Positions 41,282 through 51,593 of a stretch of 64,000 bases of DNA are shown here, one piece after another; within the stretch, counting starts at the first letter, position 1, and every line of letters begins with the position of its first letter. Source of the stretch: Alphaproteobacteria bacterium (GTDB lineage Bacteria > Pseudomonadota > Alphaproteobacteria > SP197). Location of the stretch: contig OZ219917.1 in assembly GCA_964291415.2 (NCBI GenBank), positions 352,001 to 416,000 on the forward strand, read 5' to 3'. Below the pieces are notes generated by a model. That model did no database searches, was not told the DNA's origin, and was given only the letters and a program-made list of their open reading frames with translations. Position numbers and translations under genes: made by a program.

Positions 41282-42438
41282 CGCTCAGGAACATTTCACG
41301 TCTCGTGGGGTCGATCCTGCTGGCGGTCCTTGTCGCCGGCATTCAAGGCGTCGCGCCGCAACCGGCCCGGGCGGCCGAACAGGTGGATATCGCGATCATT
41401 TCGTTCTCGCCCTATGCACCGTGGTACATCGTCCAGGAACGGGGTCTTGCGCGCGATATCGATCTCAACATACGGATTATCGAGGACATCACCGCAAAGA
41501 ATGCGGCGCTGACGACCGGAACGGTCCAGTGCATGCTCAATACCCTTGATTCGGTTGTCGTGGCCCGCGCTTCGGGCGTTCCCGTCAAGGTCATCGCCAT
41601 ACCGGCGATGTCGTACGGGCTCGACGAGATGATTGTCGATGAGTCCATCGAGTCCGTCGACGACTTTCCGGGGAAGAGCTACGGCGCCGACTTCGCCTTC
41701 CTCAATCACATGTGGATGCTGCTGACGCTGAAGAAGGCGGGCATTGCGTTCGATGCCCTCGATCACAAGATCATGCTTCCCCAGGACAGCGCAGCCGCGT
41801 TCACGAGCGGTCAGCTCGACATCGATGTCAACTACAAGCCATTTTCGTCCCAGTCGGCCGATCGCGCCGGTTCCCGTGTTCTCAAGACCAGCCTGACGGA
41901 CCGGACCTGGGAACGCGGTCTCATCTCCGAGTCCATTGCCTGCAATGAGAACTGGCTGGCGGACAAGCCCGATGTCGCCACGGAACTCCTGCGGGCGTGG
42001 TTTGAAGCTGTGGACTGGTGGAAGGCCAATCCCGAAGAAGGGAACGATATGGTGGCCCAGGGCCTCGACTGGCCTGTCGCGGATGTACGCGAAACGCAGT
42101 ACGGCGCGATCATGCTGAATCTTGACCAGAATCTCGGCGCGTTCGGTGTAGGTGACGGCAAGCCTGTCTGCCAGAGTCTGCCGGAAGGAGCGCCGGAGCC
42201 GCCCGCGGAGCCAAGCGGCTGGGGCGACATGCTGTTCGGCGGCGAGCCCGACTGTGCGGCCGGCTACCTCGCGGCCACCTGGGATCTCTTTGGCGAGGTC
42301 TACATGGAGGCCGGCGTCATCGACTCGTTCGCCTCTTCCGAGGACGGCGTCGACCTGTCGATCCTTGAGGCGCTCGACAGCGCAGGCGCCTCGCAGACCT
42401 GGTCTTCAAATGCATGGATCGGAAGAGTGGGTCTGTAG
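41278..42438 (+). CDS. ABC transporter substrate-binding protein, SsuA/TauA/NitT type
   Basis: Signal peptide, Y.PWYI..E.G, SYGLD and RAWFEAVDWWKANPEE motifs. Confidence 0.8.
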   Translation: MTLRNISRLVGSILLAVLVAGIQGVAPQPARAAEQVDIAIISFSPYAPWYIVQERGLARDIDLNIRIIEDITAKNAALTTGTVQCMLNTLDSVVVARASGVPVKVIAIPAMSYGLDEMIVDESIESVDDFPGKSYGADFAFLNHMWMLLTLKKAGIAFDALDHKIMLPQDSAAAFTSGQLDIDVNYKPFSSQSADRAGSRVLKTSLTDRTWERGLISESIACNENWLADKPDVATELLRAWFEAVDWWKANPEEGNDMVAQGLDWPVADVRETQYGAIMLNLDQNLGAFGVGDGKPVCQSLPEGAPEPPAEPSGWGDMLFGGEPDCAAGYLAATWDLFGEVYMEAGVIDSFASSEDGVDLSILEALDSAGASQTWSSNAWIGRVGL

Positions 42439-42449
42439 CATGGCCTCAA

Positions 42450-42487
42450 CGTCATCCCTTGCGGGAACGATCCTGCAAGGGATGACG
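42450..42487. terminator. Hairpin between convergent genes
   Basis: CGTCATCCCTTGCGGGA-ACGA-TCCTGCAAGGGATGACG, a 17-bp stem with one G-U pair. No clear U-tract. Confidence 0.65.
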
Positions 42488-42488
42488 G

Positions 42489-43376
42489 TCAGGCCTGGCC
42501 TGCGTCAATGATGCCGCGGCGGATATCCCGGCTTCTGCGGAAAAGATCCTCGAGTTCCTCGCCCTCGCCCCAGCGAATGGCGCGCTGGAGCCTGGAGAGA
42601 TCCTCGCTGAACCGCTGGAGCATTTCGAGGACGGCTTCGCGGTTGTGGAGGTAGACGTCGCGCCACATCACGGGATCCTGGGCGGCGATCCTTGTGAAGT
42701 CCCTGAATCCGCTTGCCGAATACTTGATGACCTCTTGCCTGGTGTGGTTTTCCATGTCGGCGACGGTGCCGACGATGTTGAAGGCGATCAGTGTCGGGAG
42801 ATGGGAGGTCAGCGCCATCACCCAGTCGTGGTGTTCGGCATCGATGATATCGATCATGGAACCGGCACGGCGCCACAGTTCGGAGACCCTTTCGATGGCT
42901 TCGGGAGCGGTGCCGTCGAGGGGCGTCAGCACGCACCAGCGGCCCTCGAACAGGGTGTCGAAACCGCTTTCCGGACCCGACTCTTCCGTTCCGGCCAGAG
43001 GATGGCCGGGAACAAAGTGGACGCCCTCCGGAATGGCAGGCGCCACGTCGCGGATGACAGCCTGTTTCACGGACCCCACGTCTGTCACGATCTGACCCGG
43101 TTCCAGGACAGGCGCGATGGTTCGGGCGATCATGCCGTTGGTGCCGATTGGAGTGGAAATGACCACCAGGTCGGCGCCGCGGGCAGCCGCGGCATGGTCC
43201 TTCGTGACCATGTCGGCCAGACCCAGTCTGGTGACCGTGTCCAGGGTCGAATCACGTTGCGCACAGGCGACGATTCGCCGGGCAAGGCCCTTGCGGCGAA
43301 TGACCCGTGCGAGCGAGGAGCCGATCAGGCCGATGCCGATCAGGCAGACCGTATCGAACAGCGGTTCGCGGGTCAT
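42489..43376 (-). CDS. tyrC: Cyclohexadienyl (prephenate/arogenate) dehydrogenase
   Basis: GIGLIGSS, DVGSVK, GHPLAGTE, SHLP and FRDFTRIA motifs. Confidence 0.93.
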   Translation of the reverse strand: MTREPLFDTVCLIGIGLIGSSLARVIRRKGLARRIVACAQRDSTLDTVTRLGLADMVTKDHAAAARGADLVVISTPIGTNGMIARTIAPVLEPGQIVTDVGSVKQAVIRDVAPAIPEGVHFVPGHPLAGTEESGPESGFDTLFEGRWCVLTPLDGTAPEAIERVSELWRRAGSMIDIIDAEHHDWVMALTSHLPTLIAFNIVGTVADMENHTRQEVIKYSASGFRDFTRIAAQDPVMWRDVYLHNREAVLEMLQRFSEDLSRLQRAIRWGEGEELEDLFRRSRDIRRGIIDAGQA

Positions 43377-44470
43377 GTCCTGCCCATGAAGCGGCCGAGG
43401 CTGTCAATGAGCGCTTCCATTTCGTCGTCGAGACCGATGTTGATCCGCAGGCCGTCGGGGATTCCGTAGGCGCCGAGGTCTCGGACGAGAATGGCCTGCG
43501 ACGCCAGAAACCGCTCCGCGGCCGCGGCCTGGGAAGGACCGCCCGGGAACCGCGCCAGGACGAAATTGACGACGCTCTCGGGAACATCGAGCCCGATGGC
43601 CTGCAGGCGTCGGGTGAGCTCGGGCAGCCAGCGTCCGTTGTGCTCGATGGCGCGCTGCAGGTGGTCGGGATCGTCCAGTGCCGCGGTCGCCGCAGCCTGG
43701 CCTACGGCATTGACGTTGAAGGGACCGCGGACCCTGTGAAGCGCGTCGACGACATCCGGCGGACCGTACATCCAGCCGACCCTGAGGCCGGCCAGGGAGT
43801 AGACCTTGGAGAATGTGCGCGTCATGACCGTGTTGGCGCTGTCGTGCACGAGTTCGGCTCCGGCACTGTAGTCGTCGCGGGTGACGAACTCGGCGTAGGC
43901 GGAATCGATCACGAGAAGAACGTGATCGGGCAGGCCGGCCCGCAGCCTGGCAACGTCGCTGGCCGGGATGACGCTGCCGGTCGGATTGTTGGGATTGGCA
44001 AGGAAGACAAGTTTCGTCCTTTCGGTGACCGCCGCCAGCATGGCCTCGACATCCACCCGGAAGGCCCGTTCCGGAGCAGTGACGGGCGTTGCCCCGGCCG
44101 CCAGGGCCGCGATCGGATAGATGGCAAAGCCGTACTGGCTGTAAAGGACCTCGTCGCCCGGACCGGCATAGATGCGCGGCAACAGCTGGAGAAGCTCATC
44201 TGATCCGTTGCTGCATACGATTCGGTCCGGGTCGAGATCCCAGTGCCGGGCAATGGCCTCGCGAAGGTCATGGGCACTGCCGTCTGGATAGCGTACCACC
44301 CCGGCCGCTGCCGATTGCGCTGCCTCGATGGCGCGCGGACTGGGTCCGAGAGCCGACTCGTTCGAAGACAGCTTGATCACGCGGCGGCCCTGAGAGTCGA
44401 TGACGGAACTTCTCCCGGGCACGTAGGCCTTGATGTCGAGAATGCCGGCCCGTGGTGCGGGTTCGTTCAT
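43373..44470 (-). CDS. hisC: Histidinol-phosphate aminotransferase
   Basis: KLSSNE, RYPD, NGSDE, NPNNPTG and RTFSKVYSLAGLRVG motifs. Confidence 0.96.
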   Translation of the reverse strand: MNEPAPRAGILDIKAYVPGRSSVIDSQGRRVIKLSSNESALGPSPRAIEAAQSAAAGVVRYPDGSAHDLREAIARHWDLDPDRIVCSNGSDELLQLLPRIYAGPGDEVLYSQYGFAIYPIAALAAGATPVTAPERAFRVDVEAMLAAVTERTKLVFLANPNNPTGSVIPASDVARLRAGLPDHVLLVIDSAYAEFVTRDDYSAGAELVHDSANTVMTRTFSKVYSLAGLRVGWMYGPPDVVDALHRVRGPFNVNAVGQAAATAALDDPDHLQRAIEHNGRWLPELTRRLQAIGLDVPESVVNFVLARFPGGPSQAAAAERFLASQAILVRDLGAYGIPDGLRINIGLDDEMEALIDSLGRFMGRT

Positions 44471-44483
44471 GGTTTTCCCGGAA

Positions 44484-45280
44484 TCACTGCTGAAACGGTG
44501 CGGGATAGGACCCCAGGACCATGCCAGTCAAGGAATCCGTGAGAATGCGGCGCTCTTCATCTCCCTGGTGCCAGCCGTCGAGAGTGGTGATCCGGGCTTG
44601 CGACACGGCATCAGCCGAATCATCGAAGACGGCGATCACGGTCCGGTCGTCTCCCGAAGGTTCAGGAGCGTCCGCCGACAGCACGAACGCCTCGCAGCGC
44701 GACCCGGATTCAGGTGCCGGAGGGACAAACGGAAGCAGGGCCACGATATGGAGTGCGGCGCGTCCCTGGCCGGCAAGCAGGTGAAGGGCGTCCTGGTCCC
44801 CGGCCGGAATCACGGCCAGCCGGTCACGGCCTTCCGCGACCCGTTGCATGGCCGCGATGGCGTCTTCGGTTTCAGGCATCAGGGTGCTCGAACCGTAGAA
44901 ATCGCGTGCGGTGTCGCGCAGGCCGGCTTGCGATCCACCCACCACAACCGAGAAGGCGCCCTGGAGCGGCAACAGGGCGCACAGCATTTCACGCCACATG
45001 CGCACCAGTGCGGTCGGCGGAAAGACGCCGCGGTTGCGGGCAAGGAGGCGGCGCAGGATGATCGCTTCGCGGCCCGGCCTGAGGAAGCGATGCAGCGTGC
45101 CCGCTTCCGACTTGGCCGCCGTGATCTCGTCGACGAGTTCGACGCGGCGCAAGATGAGATCGAGAATACCGTCATCGACAGTATCGATCTCCCGGCGCAG
45201 GCGGGCGAGGGTGTGTTCGGGCGTTGTCAGCGTGATGCCCCGGATGATGTGTTGGGTCGGGAATGTTGTTTAGGTGACAT
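44484..45280 (-). CDS. Chorismate mutase with a degenerate prephenate-dehydratase-like C-terminal region
   Basis: The frame extends upstream of the listed start as LARLRREIDTVDDGILDLILRR...RPGRE. The ATG at 45280 joins only if one G is added near 45240. Confidence 0.8.
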
Positions 45281-45307
45281 CGTCACCAAAGGCAAAGCCG
45301 GACGGGG

Positions 45308-46309
45308 TCAGCGGGATCTGCCGCGACCGGTTCGAGACCCGCCGAAGCGAGAGAAGGTGCGTCGGTAGGCCGTCGGCGTGGTTCCCACCAGACGCCGAAA
45401 GTGATGCCGCAGTGTTTCGGCCGCGCCAAGACCTGAGCGCGTCGCGATCTCGTCGATGGTCAACGCGGTGGTTTCCGCCAGGTGCCGTGCCCGGTCGACG
45501 CGCTGCCGGGTCAGCCAGTCGCCGGGCGTCGAACCCGTTGTTTCCCGAAAGTGCCGCTGGAAGCTGCGCATGCTCATGCCGGCCTGCCGGGCGAGGTCGG
45601 CGACGCGGAGATCCTCGTCGAGGTGGGCGGGCAGCCACTCGAGCAACCTGCCCAATCCCTCGGCCTTCGCGTCCGTGACGACCGGCGTCTCGACGAACTG
45701 CATCTGGCCCCCGTCACGATGCGGCGCCAGGACGAGTCGCCGGGCGACGTTGTTGGCGACTGCCGCGCCGTGATCGCAACGCACCATGTGGAGACAGAGG
45801 TCGAGCCCCGCCGCGCTGCCGGCCGAGGTCAGAACCGGTCCTTCGTCGACGTAGAGCACGTCGGGGTCGACATCGATGTGTGGAAAGCGGCGCGCCAACG
45901 CATCCGTGTAGCGCCAGTGGGTGGTGGCGCGCCGGCCGTCCAGTACGCCGGCGGCGGCAAGGAGAAATGCGCCCGAACAGATCGAGGCCAGTCGACCGCC
46001 GCGCTCGACGACCCTTCTCAGCGCGGCCAGCAGCGATGGCGAGGCTGAAGCGTCAGGAGTCTTCCAGCCAGGTACGATGACCGTATCCGCCTCATCGATC
46101 AGTTGCAGGTCGCAGGGGGCCTGCAAGGTGAGTCCGCCTGCCGCTTCCAGGGGTCCGGGCTCGACCGCACAGACCTCGAACCGGTACCAGGGCCGGTCCA
46201 GTTCCGGCCGAGGCAGGCCGAAGATCTCGTAGGCGCAGCCGAACTCGAATGTACACAGGCCGTCGTAGACCAGCGCGACGACGGTGGAATGCGGGTGCGT
46301 GTCGACCAT
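45308..46309 (-). CDS. ftrA: AraC/DJ-1 (GlxA-family) transcriptional regulator, FtrA-like
   Basis: YDGLCTFEFGCAYEIFGLPRPE, SICSGAF, TSAGSAAGLD and a C-terminal AraC HTH. Confidence 0.85.
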   Translation of the reverse strand: MVDTHPHSTVVALVYDGLCTFEFGCAYEIFGLPRPELDRPWYRFEVCAVEPGPLEAAGGLTLQAPCDLQLIDEADTVIVPGWKTPDASASPSLLAALRRVVERGGRLASICSGAFLLAAAGVLDGRRATTHWRYTDALARRFPHIDVDPDVLYVDEGPVLTSAGSAAGLDLCLHMVRCDHGAAVANNVARRLVLAPHRDGGQMQFVETPVVTDAKAEGLGRLLEWLPAHLDEDLRVADLARQAGMSMRSFQRHFRETTGSTPGDWLTRQRVDRARHLAETTALTIDEIATRSGLGAAETLRHHFRRLVGTTPTAYRRTFSRFGGSRTGRGRSR

Positions 46310-46408
46310 TCTGGCAGGATCTTACCGATATCGGGCATTTGCGCCACTCGTCAATCGTGGGCGGCATCCGGAGACTGCTCGTTCCAGTTTCCTCATCGGG
46401 GATCGCCA

Positions 46409-47005
46409 ATGCTTCGACTCTACGACAACCATCTGTCCGGCAATGGCTACAAGCCGAGGCTGCTGCTCGCCCACCTGGGAAGGGCGTACGAGCCGGTCGA
46501 GATCGACATCCTGAAGGGCGAGAGCCGGACCGCGGCATTCCTCGCCCGCAATCCCAATGGACGGATTCCCGTCCTTGAGCTCGATGACGGCATCTGCATC
46601 GCCGAATCCAATGCCATTCTTCATTTTCTTGCGGAGGGTTCGCGGTTTCTGCCGCCGGACCCGCTGGCCCATGCGCTCACCCTGCAGTGGATGTTCTTCG
46701 AGCAGTACAGCCACGAGCCGTTCATTGCGGTTGCACGCCACTGGATCCGGCACACGGGAATGTCCGAAGCGCAGCGTGGCCAGCTTCCCGACAAGCTCGA
46801 GGGAGGACACGCCGCACTCGCGGTCATGGAGGGGCGCCTTTCCCGGTCCGACTGGTTCGTCGGCACCGCAATGACCATCGCCGACATCGCTCTCTATGCC
46901 TACACCCACGTCGCGGACGAAGGCGGATTCGATCTCACCGGGTACCCGGCCGTGCGCGACTGGCTCGTCCGGGTCCGTGAGCAGCCGGGTCACGTTCCCA
47001 TGTGA
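46409..47005 (+). CDS. Glutathione S-transferase family protein
   Basis: SGNGYK, NPNGRIPVL, ESNAIL and WMFFEQYSHEP motifs. Confidence 0.92.
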   Translation: MLRLYDNHLSGNGYKPRLLLAHLGRAYEPVEIDILKGESRTAAFLARNPNGRIPVLELDDGICIAESNAILHFLAEGSRFLPPDPLAHALTLQWMFFEQYSHEPFIAVARHWIRHTGMSEAQRGQLPDKLEGGHAALAVMEGRLSRSDWFVGTAMTIADIALYAYTHVADEGGFDLTGYPAVRDWLVRVREQPGHVPM

Positions 47006-47284
47006 TGTGTCCGGCAACCGGCACCTGGCGCGCGGCATCGCGAGTGCCGGTCCGTGCCCGGCGGCGCAAGGCCGCCTGTTTCTCGACCTCGGCGGTCCAT
47101 GGAGGCTGGCACGATCATCGAAGCGGCGCTCTGGTGTTCGGTCGTGGCATGCCGGCGACGGCCGACGAAGTGCGCCGGACGAAGGCTTGACAGGCCGGTG
47201 TCCGGTCTCCATACAGCCCTCCACGCTCCGCTGACTACAATCTCAGGTTCATGGCGCCTGACCACACGGCGGAATGAGTTCGAC

Positions 47285-48448
47285 ATGGCAGAGGCTCCCA
47301 AGGCCGTTCACGAAATCCAGGATGATCTTCCCGGGCCACGCGCCGAACTGGCCGGAGGCGCGGCTGTCAGGCTTGAGTCCGGTGAGAGGCTGGGACCGGT
47401 GCGTGTCGCCTACCAGACCTGGGGAACCCTGAACGACGCCAGGAACAACACGGTACTGATCTGTCATGCCTTGACGGGCGATCAGTATGCCTTCGGCACC
47501 CACCCCGTCACCGGAAAGAACGGATGGTGGGAATCGATGGTGGGACCAGGCAAGCCGATCGACACGGACCGTTTCCATGTCGTGTGTCCGAACTGTCTTG
47601 GCGGTTGCATGGGAACGACGGGACCGGCGGCCGTCGATCCTGCAACGGGTGAACTCTACGGCACGTCGTTTCCGATCATCACCATCGGCGACATGGTCAA
47701 TGTGCAGGCGATGCTTCTCGATCACCTCGGCATCGAAAAGGTCATGTGCGTGATCGGTGGTTCGATGGGCGCCATGCAGGTTCTCGACTGGGCGGCCCGC
47801 TACCCCGACCGGGTTGTCAGCGCCGTGCCGATTGCCGGTGCCGCCCGTCATTCGGCGCAGAACATTGCATTCCACGAAGTCGGCCGTCAGGCCATCATGG
47901 CTGATCCCAACTGGTGCGGCGGATTCTACTATCGCGAGGGAAAGCGTCCGGAGAAGGGCCTCTCCGTTGCCAGGATGGCGGCTCACATCACCTATCTTTC
48001 GGAGCCGGCGCTGTGGCGCAAGTTCGGTCGCGAACTGCAGAACCGCTACATGAAGTCCTATGAGGGATTCGGCGCCGATTTCCAGGTCGAGAGCTATCTG
48101 CGCCACCAGGGCGCCAGCTTTGTCGAGCGTTTCGATGCCAACGCCTATCTCTACATCACCCGTGCCATGGACTACTTCGATCTCGAGGCCGACCACGGCG
48201 GGGATCTCGCGAAAGCCTGGCAGGGGACGAAGGCGCGTTTCCTGCTGACGAGTTTCACCAGTGACTGGCTGTTTCCGACCTCCGAGAGCAAGGAGGTCCT
48301 GCATTCCCTCATCCGTGCCGGAGTCAACGTCAGTTTCGTGGAGATCGAGAGCGACAAGGGCCACGATGCCTTCCTGCTCGACGAACCGGACCTGTTCGAG
48401 ACCACGGCGGGCTTTCTCGACAGTGTCGCGCGCGACCTCGGCTTCTAG
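47285..48448 (+). CDS. metX: Homoserine O-acyltransferase
   Basis: [25 protein letters not shown] and GHDAFLL motifs. Confidence 0.96.
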   Translation: MAEAPKAVHEIQDDLPGPRAELAGGAAVRLESGERLGPVRVAYQTWGTLNDARNNTVLICHALTGDQYAFGTHPVTGKNGWWESMVGPGKPIDTDRFHVVCPNCLGGCMGTTGPAAVDPATGELYGTSFPIITIGDMVNVQAMLLDHLGIEKVMCVIGGSMGAMQVLDWAARYPDRVVSAVPIAGAARHSAQNIAFHEVGRQAIMADPNWCGGFYYREGKRPEKGLSVARMAAHITYLSEPALWRKFGRELQNRYMKSYEGFGADFQVESYLRHQGASFVERFDANAYLYITRAMDYFDLEADHGGDLAKAWQGTKARFLLTSFTSDWLFPTSESKEVLHSLIRAGVNVSFVEIESDKGHDAFLLDEPDLFETTAGFLDSVARDLGF

Positions 48449-48618
48449 TCTCCTGACCGGAAAGGGTGGCAAAGCATGACCATTGACCTTGCTGGAGGAG
48501 AAAGCGGCGGCAGCGGAATCGTGACGCCCCCGCAACCGATTGCTTCCGCCTGCGCGCTCCCGATGCCGCAGAACGCGGGATGCCCGTCACGGGAGCGTCA
48601 CGACCGGGCCATTGGACC

Positions 48619-49305
48619 ATGAGTCTCCTGGCCGGCGCGAGGGACCGCTTCATCCTCGGAGAGAACCGCTTCGGCCTGAGGCCGGATCTCGGGCTGGTGG
48701 CCAGCATGATCGAGCCGGGATCGCGCATTCTCGATGTCGGATGCGGCGACGGCGCCCTGCTCGACTATCTCGTCAGGGAACTCGACTGCGACGGTCGCGG
48801 CATGGAGATCTCCCAGGCCGGAGTCAATGCCTGCGTGGCCCGCGGACTGCCCGCCGTCCAGGGGGATGCGGACCGCCACCTTGTCGACTATCCCGATGAC
48901 AGTTTCGACTGTGTCATCCTGAGCCACACGCTGCAGGCTGTGCACCGGCCAAGCGAGGTCCTGCGCCAGATGATGCGCATTGCCGACGTCGCCATCGTTT
49001 CCATTCTCAACTTCGGGCACTGGAGAGCGAGACTCTCGCTGGTGACCCGCGGGCGCATGCCCCACACCCGCTTTCTCCCGGAGCCCTGGTTCATGACCAG
49101 CACCATTCGTCCATGCACGGTGCGTGACTTCATGGACCTCGTGCGTCTCGAGGGTCTGTCGACGGGCGACTGCTACGGCATCGCGAAGGAGCGGGAGGTC
49201 ACGGTGATCCGCAGCGGTTTCGAGGGACAGGCGAACCTCTTTGCCGAGCAGGCGGTCTTCGAAGTGCTGCCGGCCAAGAAGCGGAAGGCGGGCCGCCGAT
49301 CCTGA
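48619..49305 (+). CDS. metW: Methionine biosynthesis protein MetW
   Basis: LDVGCGDG.LL, VILSHTLQA and NFGHW motifs, downstream of metX. Confidence 0.92.
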   Translation: MSLLAGARDRFILGENRFGLRPDLGLVASMIEPGSRILDVGCGDGALLDYLVRELDCDGRGMEISQAGVNACVARGLPAVQGDADRHLVDYPDDSFDCVILSHTLQAVHRPSEVLRQMMRIADVAIVSILNFGHWRARLSLVTRGRMPHTRFLPEPWFMTSTIRPCTVRDFMDLVRLEGLSTGDCYGIAKEREVTVIRSGFEGQANLFAEQAVFEVLPAKKRKAGRRS

Positions 49306-49338
49306 CCGGGCTCCCTGCGGCATGGACGGGACACCCTG

Positions 49339-50103
49339 TCAGGACGTGATCGACAGGGTCCCGTTGCCGTGACCCGAGCGGGCCGGCTGGATCCGGTCCG
49401 GTCGGGCGACAAGCCGTTGGAGCCGGAACCGCCTGGCGACGGGGATGGCGCCATGGACCTCCTTGATGGCTTCCACGAGGAGGACACCGGGCCACGGCAG
49501 CCCCCACTTTCGTCCGACGCGCTCCCATGCCGGCGCCGACCAGAGCGAAAGACCCCTGTGACTGGGGGGAACGTAGATGGCGCGCTCGGCCGCCCGCGGA
49601 GTGAACATGGATTCCTTCAGGAGACGGTTGATCTGACGCTCGGTGAAGGGATAGCCATGGCCGAATGGCGTGTGGTCGGCCCTGGCCCAGATACCGCCAC
49701 GATAGGCAACGATGACGACGAGGCGCCCCGACGGTGTCAGGACGCGCCAGAGTTCGCGCATCGCGGCAGTGCGCGGCTCGCAGTGTTCCAGGGCATGGAC
49801 CAGAAGAACGCGATCCACGGACTGGTCGGGAAGGGGAAGCGCATCCTCGGCGATGAGACAGGTCTTGCTCAGCCCCTCCGCCGGCCAGCGGATCGCGCCC
49901 TGCATGGCTGGCGACAGGGCGAGAACCCGTTCAGCCTCGTTGCGGAAAACGGCGAGGAAGGGCGAGGTGTATCCCAGGCCTGCGATCCGCAAGCCGGTGA
50001 CGTCGGGCCAGAAGGCGCGAATGCGGGCCAGCACCAGCCTGCGGGTGATTCCTCCAAGGCGACTGGAATAGAAGGAGTCGAGTTCGGAAGCGTCCTGATA
50101 CAT
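49339..50103 (-). CDS. Class I SAM-dependent methyltransferase (YafS-like)
   Basis: FYSSRLG, GLGYTSP, SVDRVLLVHALE and TPFGHGYPF motifs. Confidence 0.85.
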   Translation of the reverse strand: MYQDASELDSFYSSRLGGITRRLVLARIRAFWPDVTGLRIAGLGYTSPFLAVFRNEAERVLALSPAMQGAIRWPAEGLSKTCLIAEDALPLPDQSVDRVLLVHALEHCEPRTAAMRELWRVLTPSGRLVVIVAYRGGIWARADHTPFGHGYPFTERQINRLLKESMFTPRAAERAIYVPPSHRGLSLWSAPAWERVGRKWGLPWPGVLLVEAIKEVHGAIPVARRFRLQRLVARPDRIQPARSGHGNGTLSITS

Positions 50104-50246
50104 TCCCTCACCGGGTGCAACCCGCCGATCGAGCATAACCGAATTCGACAGAGAGAACCGTTGTCGCTCCGGCAGGCGGTTGTGGCGTCCAACGGTTTGT
50201 CCTCCTATCCTCGATGGATGATTGAAACCCGCCATGCGGAGGATCC

Positions 50247-50848
50247 ATGAAGCTCTATTTCAGCGCGACGTCGCCGTTTGTGAGGAAGGTGATGGTGGCC
50301 GCTCACGAAAGGGGGTGGCTCATCGCTTCGAACTGACAGGTCCACAGGTGGCAGCGCCCGGCAGCCTTCGCTCGGACAACCCCCTGGAAAAGGTTCCCAC
50401 GCTGGTTCTGGACGATGGCCGCAGACTCTTCGACAGCTTCGTCATCGTCGAATGGCTCAACTCCTGCGGCAGTGGACCGAACCTGATACCGGCCGACGCC
50501 CGCGAACGATCGGACGTCCTGCGCCGGCATGCGCTCGCCGATGGAATCATGGAGGCAGCCGTTTCGAGCGTCATGGAGCGCCGCCGCCCCGAGGAGAGGC
50601 AGTGGGACGGCTTCCTTGCTCACCAGCGTGGCAAGATCGAGCGGGCCATCGCGAGTCTCGATCGCGAGGCGGACGCCTTCGCCGGAACGGTCGATCTCTC
50701 GACGATCACCGTCGGCGCGGCGCTCGGCTATGTGAGCTTCCGCCTTGCGGACCTCGACTGGAGAACCGGCCACGGGTCTCTTGAGCGATGGTTCGCGGAG
50801 TTTTCGCAGAGACCGTCCATGACCTCGACCGAGCCCCACGATCCGTGA
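50247..50848 (+). CDS. Glutathione S-transferase family protein, apparent frameshift at about 50315
   Basis: ATG 50247 gives MKLYFSATSPFVRKVMVAAHERG. One more G in AGGGGGTG joins it to NPLEKVPTL...FDSFVI. Confidence 0.88.
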
Positions 50849-51510
50849 CCTACGATGCCATCTGCCGGGCGCTCGAGCCGTACGGGCTTATCGCCAGGGG
50901 TGGATTCGCACCGGACGCCAACGACGGCCTTGGCAGCGATGCGGCCTGTGTCGTGATGGTCGGCAATGCCGGTCCGGCCATGTGGCGGAGCTTCGCGGCA
51001 CTCCCGCAAACCGGCAAGGACCCGATGAACCTCTGGACCCGCAAGGTTCTCGGCGCCATCGCCCGCACCTTCGGATGCGAGGTCGTCTTCCCCTTCGAGG
51101 GTCCGCCGTGGCGGCCTTTCCAGCGCTGGGCGATGCGCGCCGAAGCCGTGTCCGTTTCTCCCGTCGGCATCCTGATCCATCCCGAATTCGGACTCTGGCA
51201 TGCCTATCGCGGCGCGTTTGTCTTCCGCGAACCGATCGCGGATCTTCCGCCGCGGGACGACACCGCAAGCCCCTGCGAGACCTGTGACGAACGGCCCTGT
51301 CTTTCGACCTGTCCGGTCCATGCCTTCGACGCCGGTTCCTACGACGTTCCGGCCTGTCGGCGTCATCTGCAGTCATCCGAAGGTTCGGACTGCATGAATC
51401 TTGGATGCCGGGCCCGGCGCGCCTGTCCCGTCGGCCGTTCCTATCACTACCACGCCGGACAGGCACGGTTTCACATGGAGGCATTCCTCTCCTCCGCTCC
51501 ACGGCCATGA
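50845..51510 (+). CDS. 4Fe-4S ferredoxin-like protein
   Basis: PFQRWA, IHPEFGLWHAYRGA, CETCDERPCLSTCPV and GCRARRACPVG motifs. Confidence 0.82.
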   Translation: MTYDAICRALEPYGLIARGGFAPDANDGLGSDAACVVMVGNAGPAMWRSFAALPQTGKDPMNLWTRKVLGAIARTFGCEVVFPFEGPPWRPFQRWAMRAEAVSVSPVGILIHPEFGLWHAYRGAFVFREPIADLPPRDDTASPCETCDERPCLSTCPVHAFDAGSYDVPACRRHLQSSEGSDCMNLGCRARRACPVGRSYHYHAGQARFHMEAFLSSAPRP

Positions 51511-51593
51511 CCCTGTCCTGAAGCCCGCGAGGCCTGCTATGCTGCATCCGCCCGGGAGGACCGGCAATCTGCGGGAGGAGGGCGGAACGATTC

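Noticed and set aside
47006-47284. SAM riboswitch upstream of metX
   Set aside because: No recognisable SAM-II or SAM-SAH consensus by eye. An Rfam/Infernal scan would be decisive.
48477-48622. 48-codon ORF and GC stems between metX and metW
   Set aside because: No recognisable motif, and such stems are expected by chance at this GC content.
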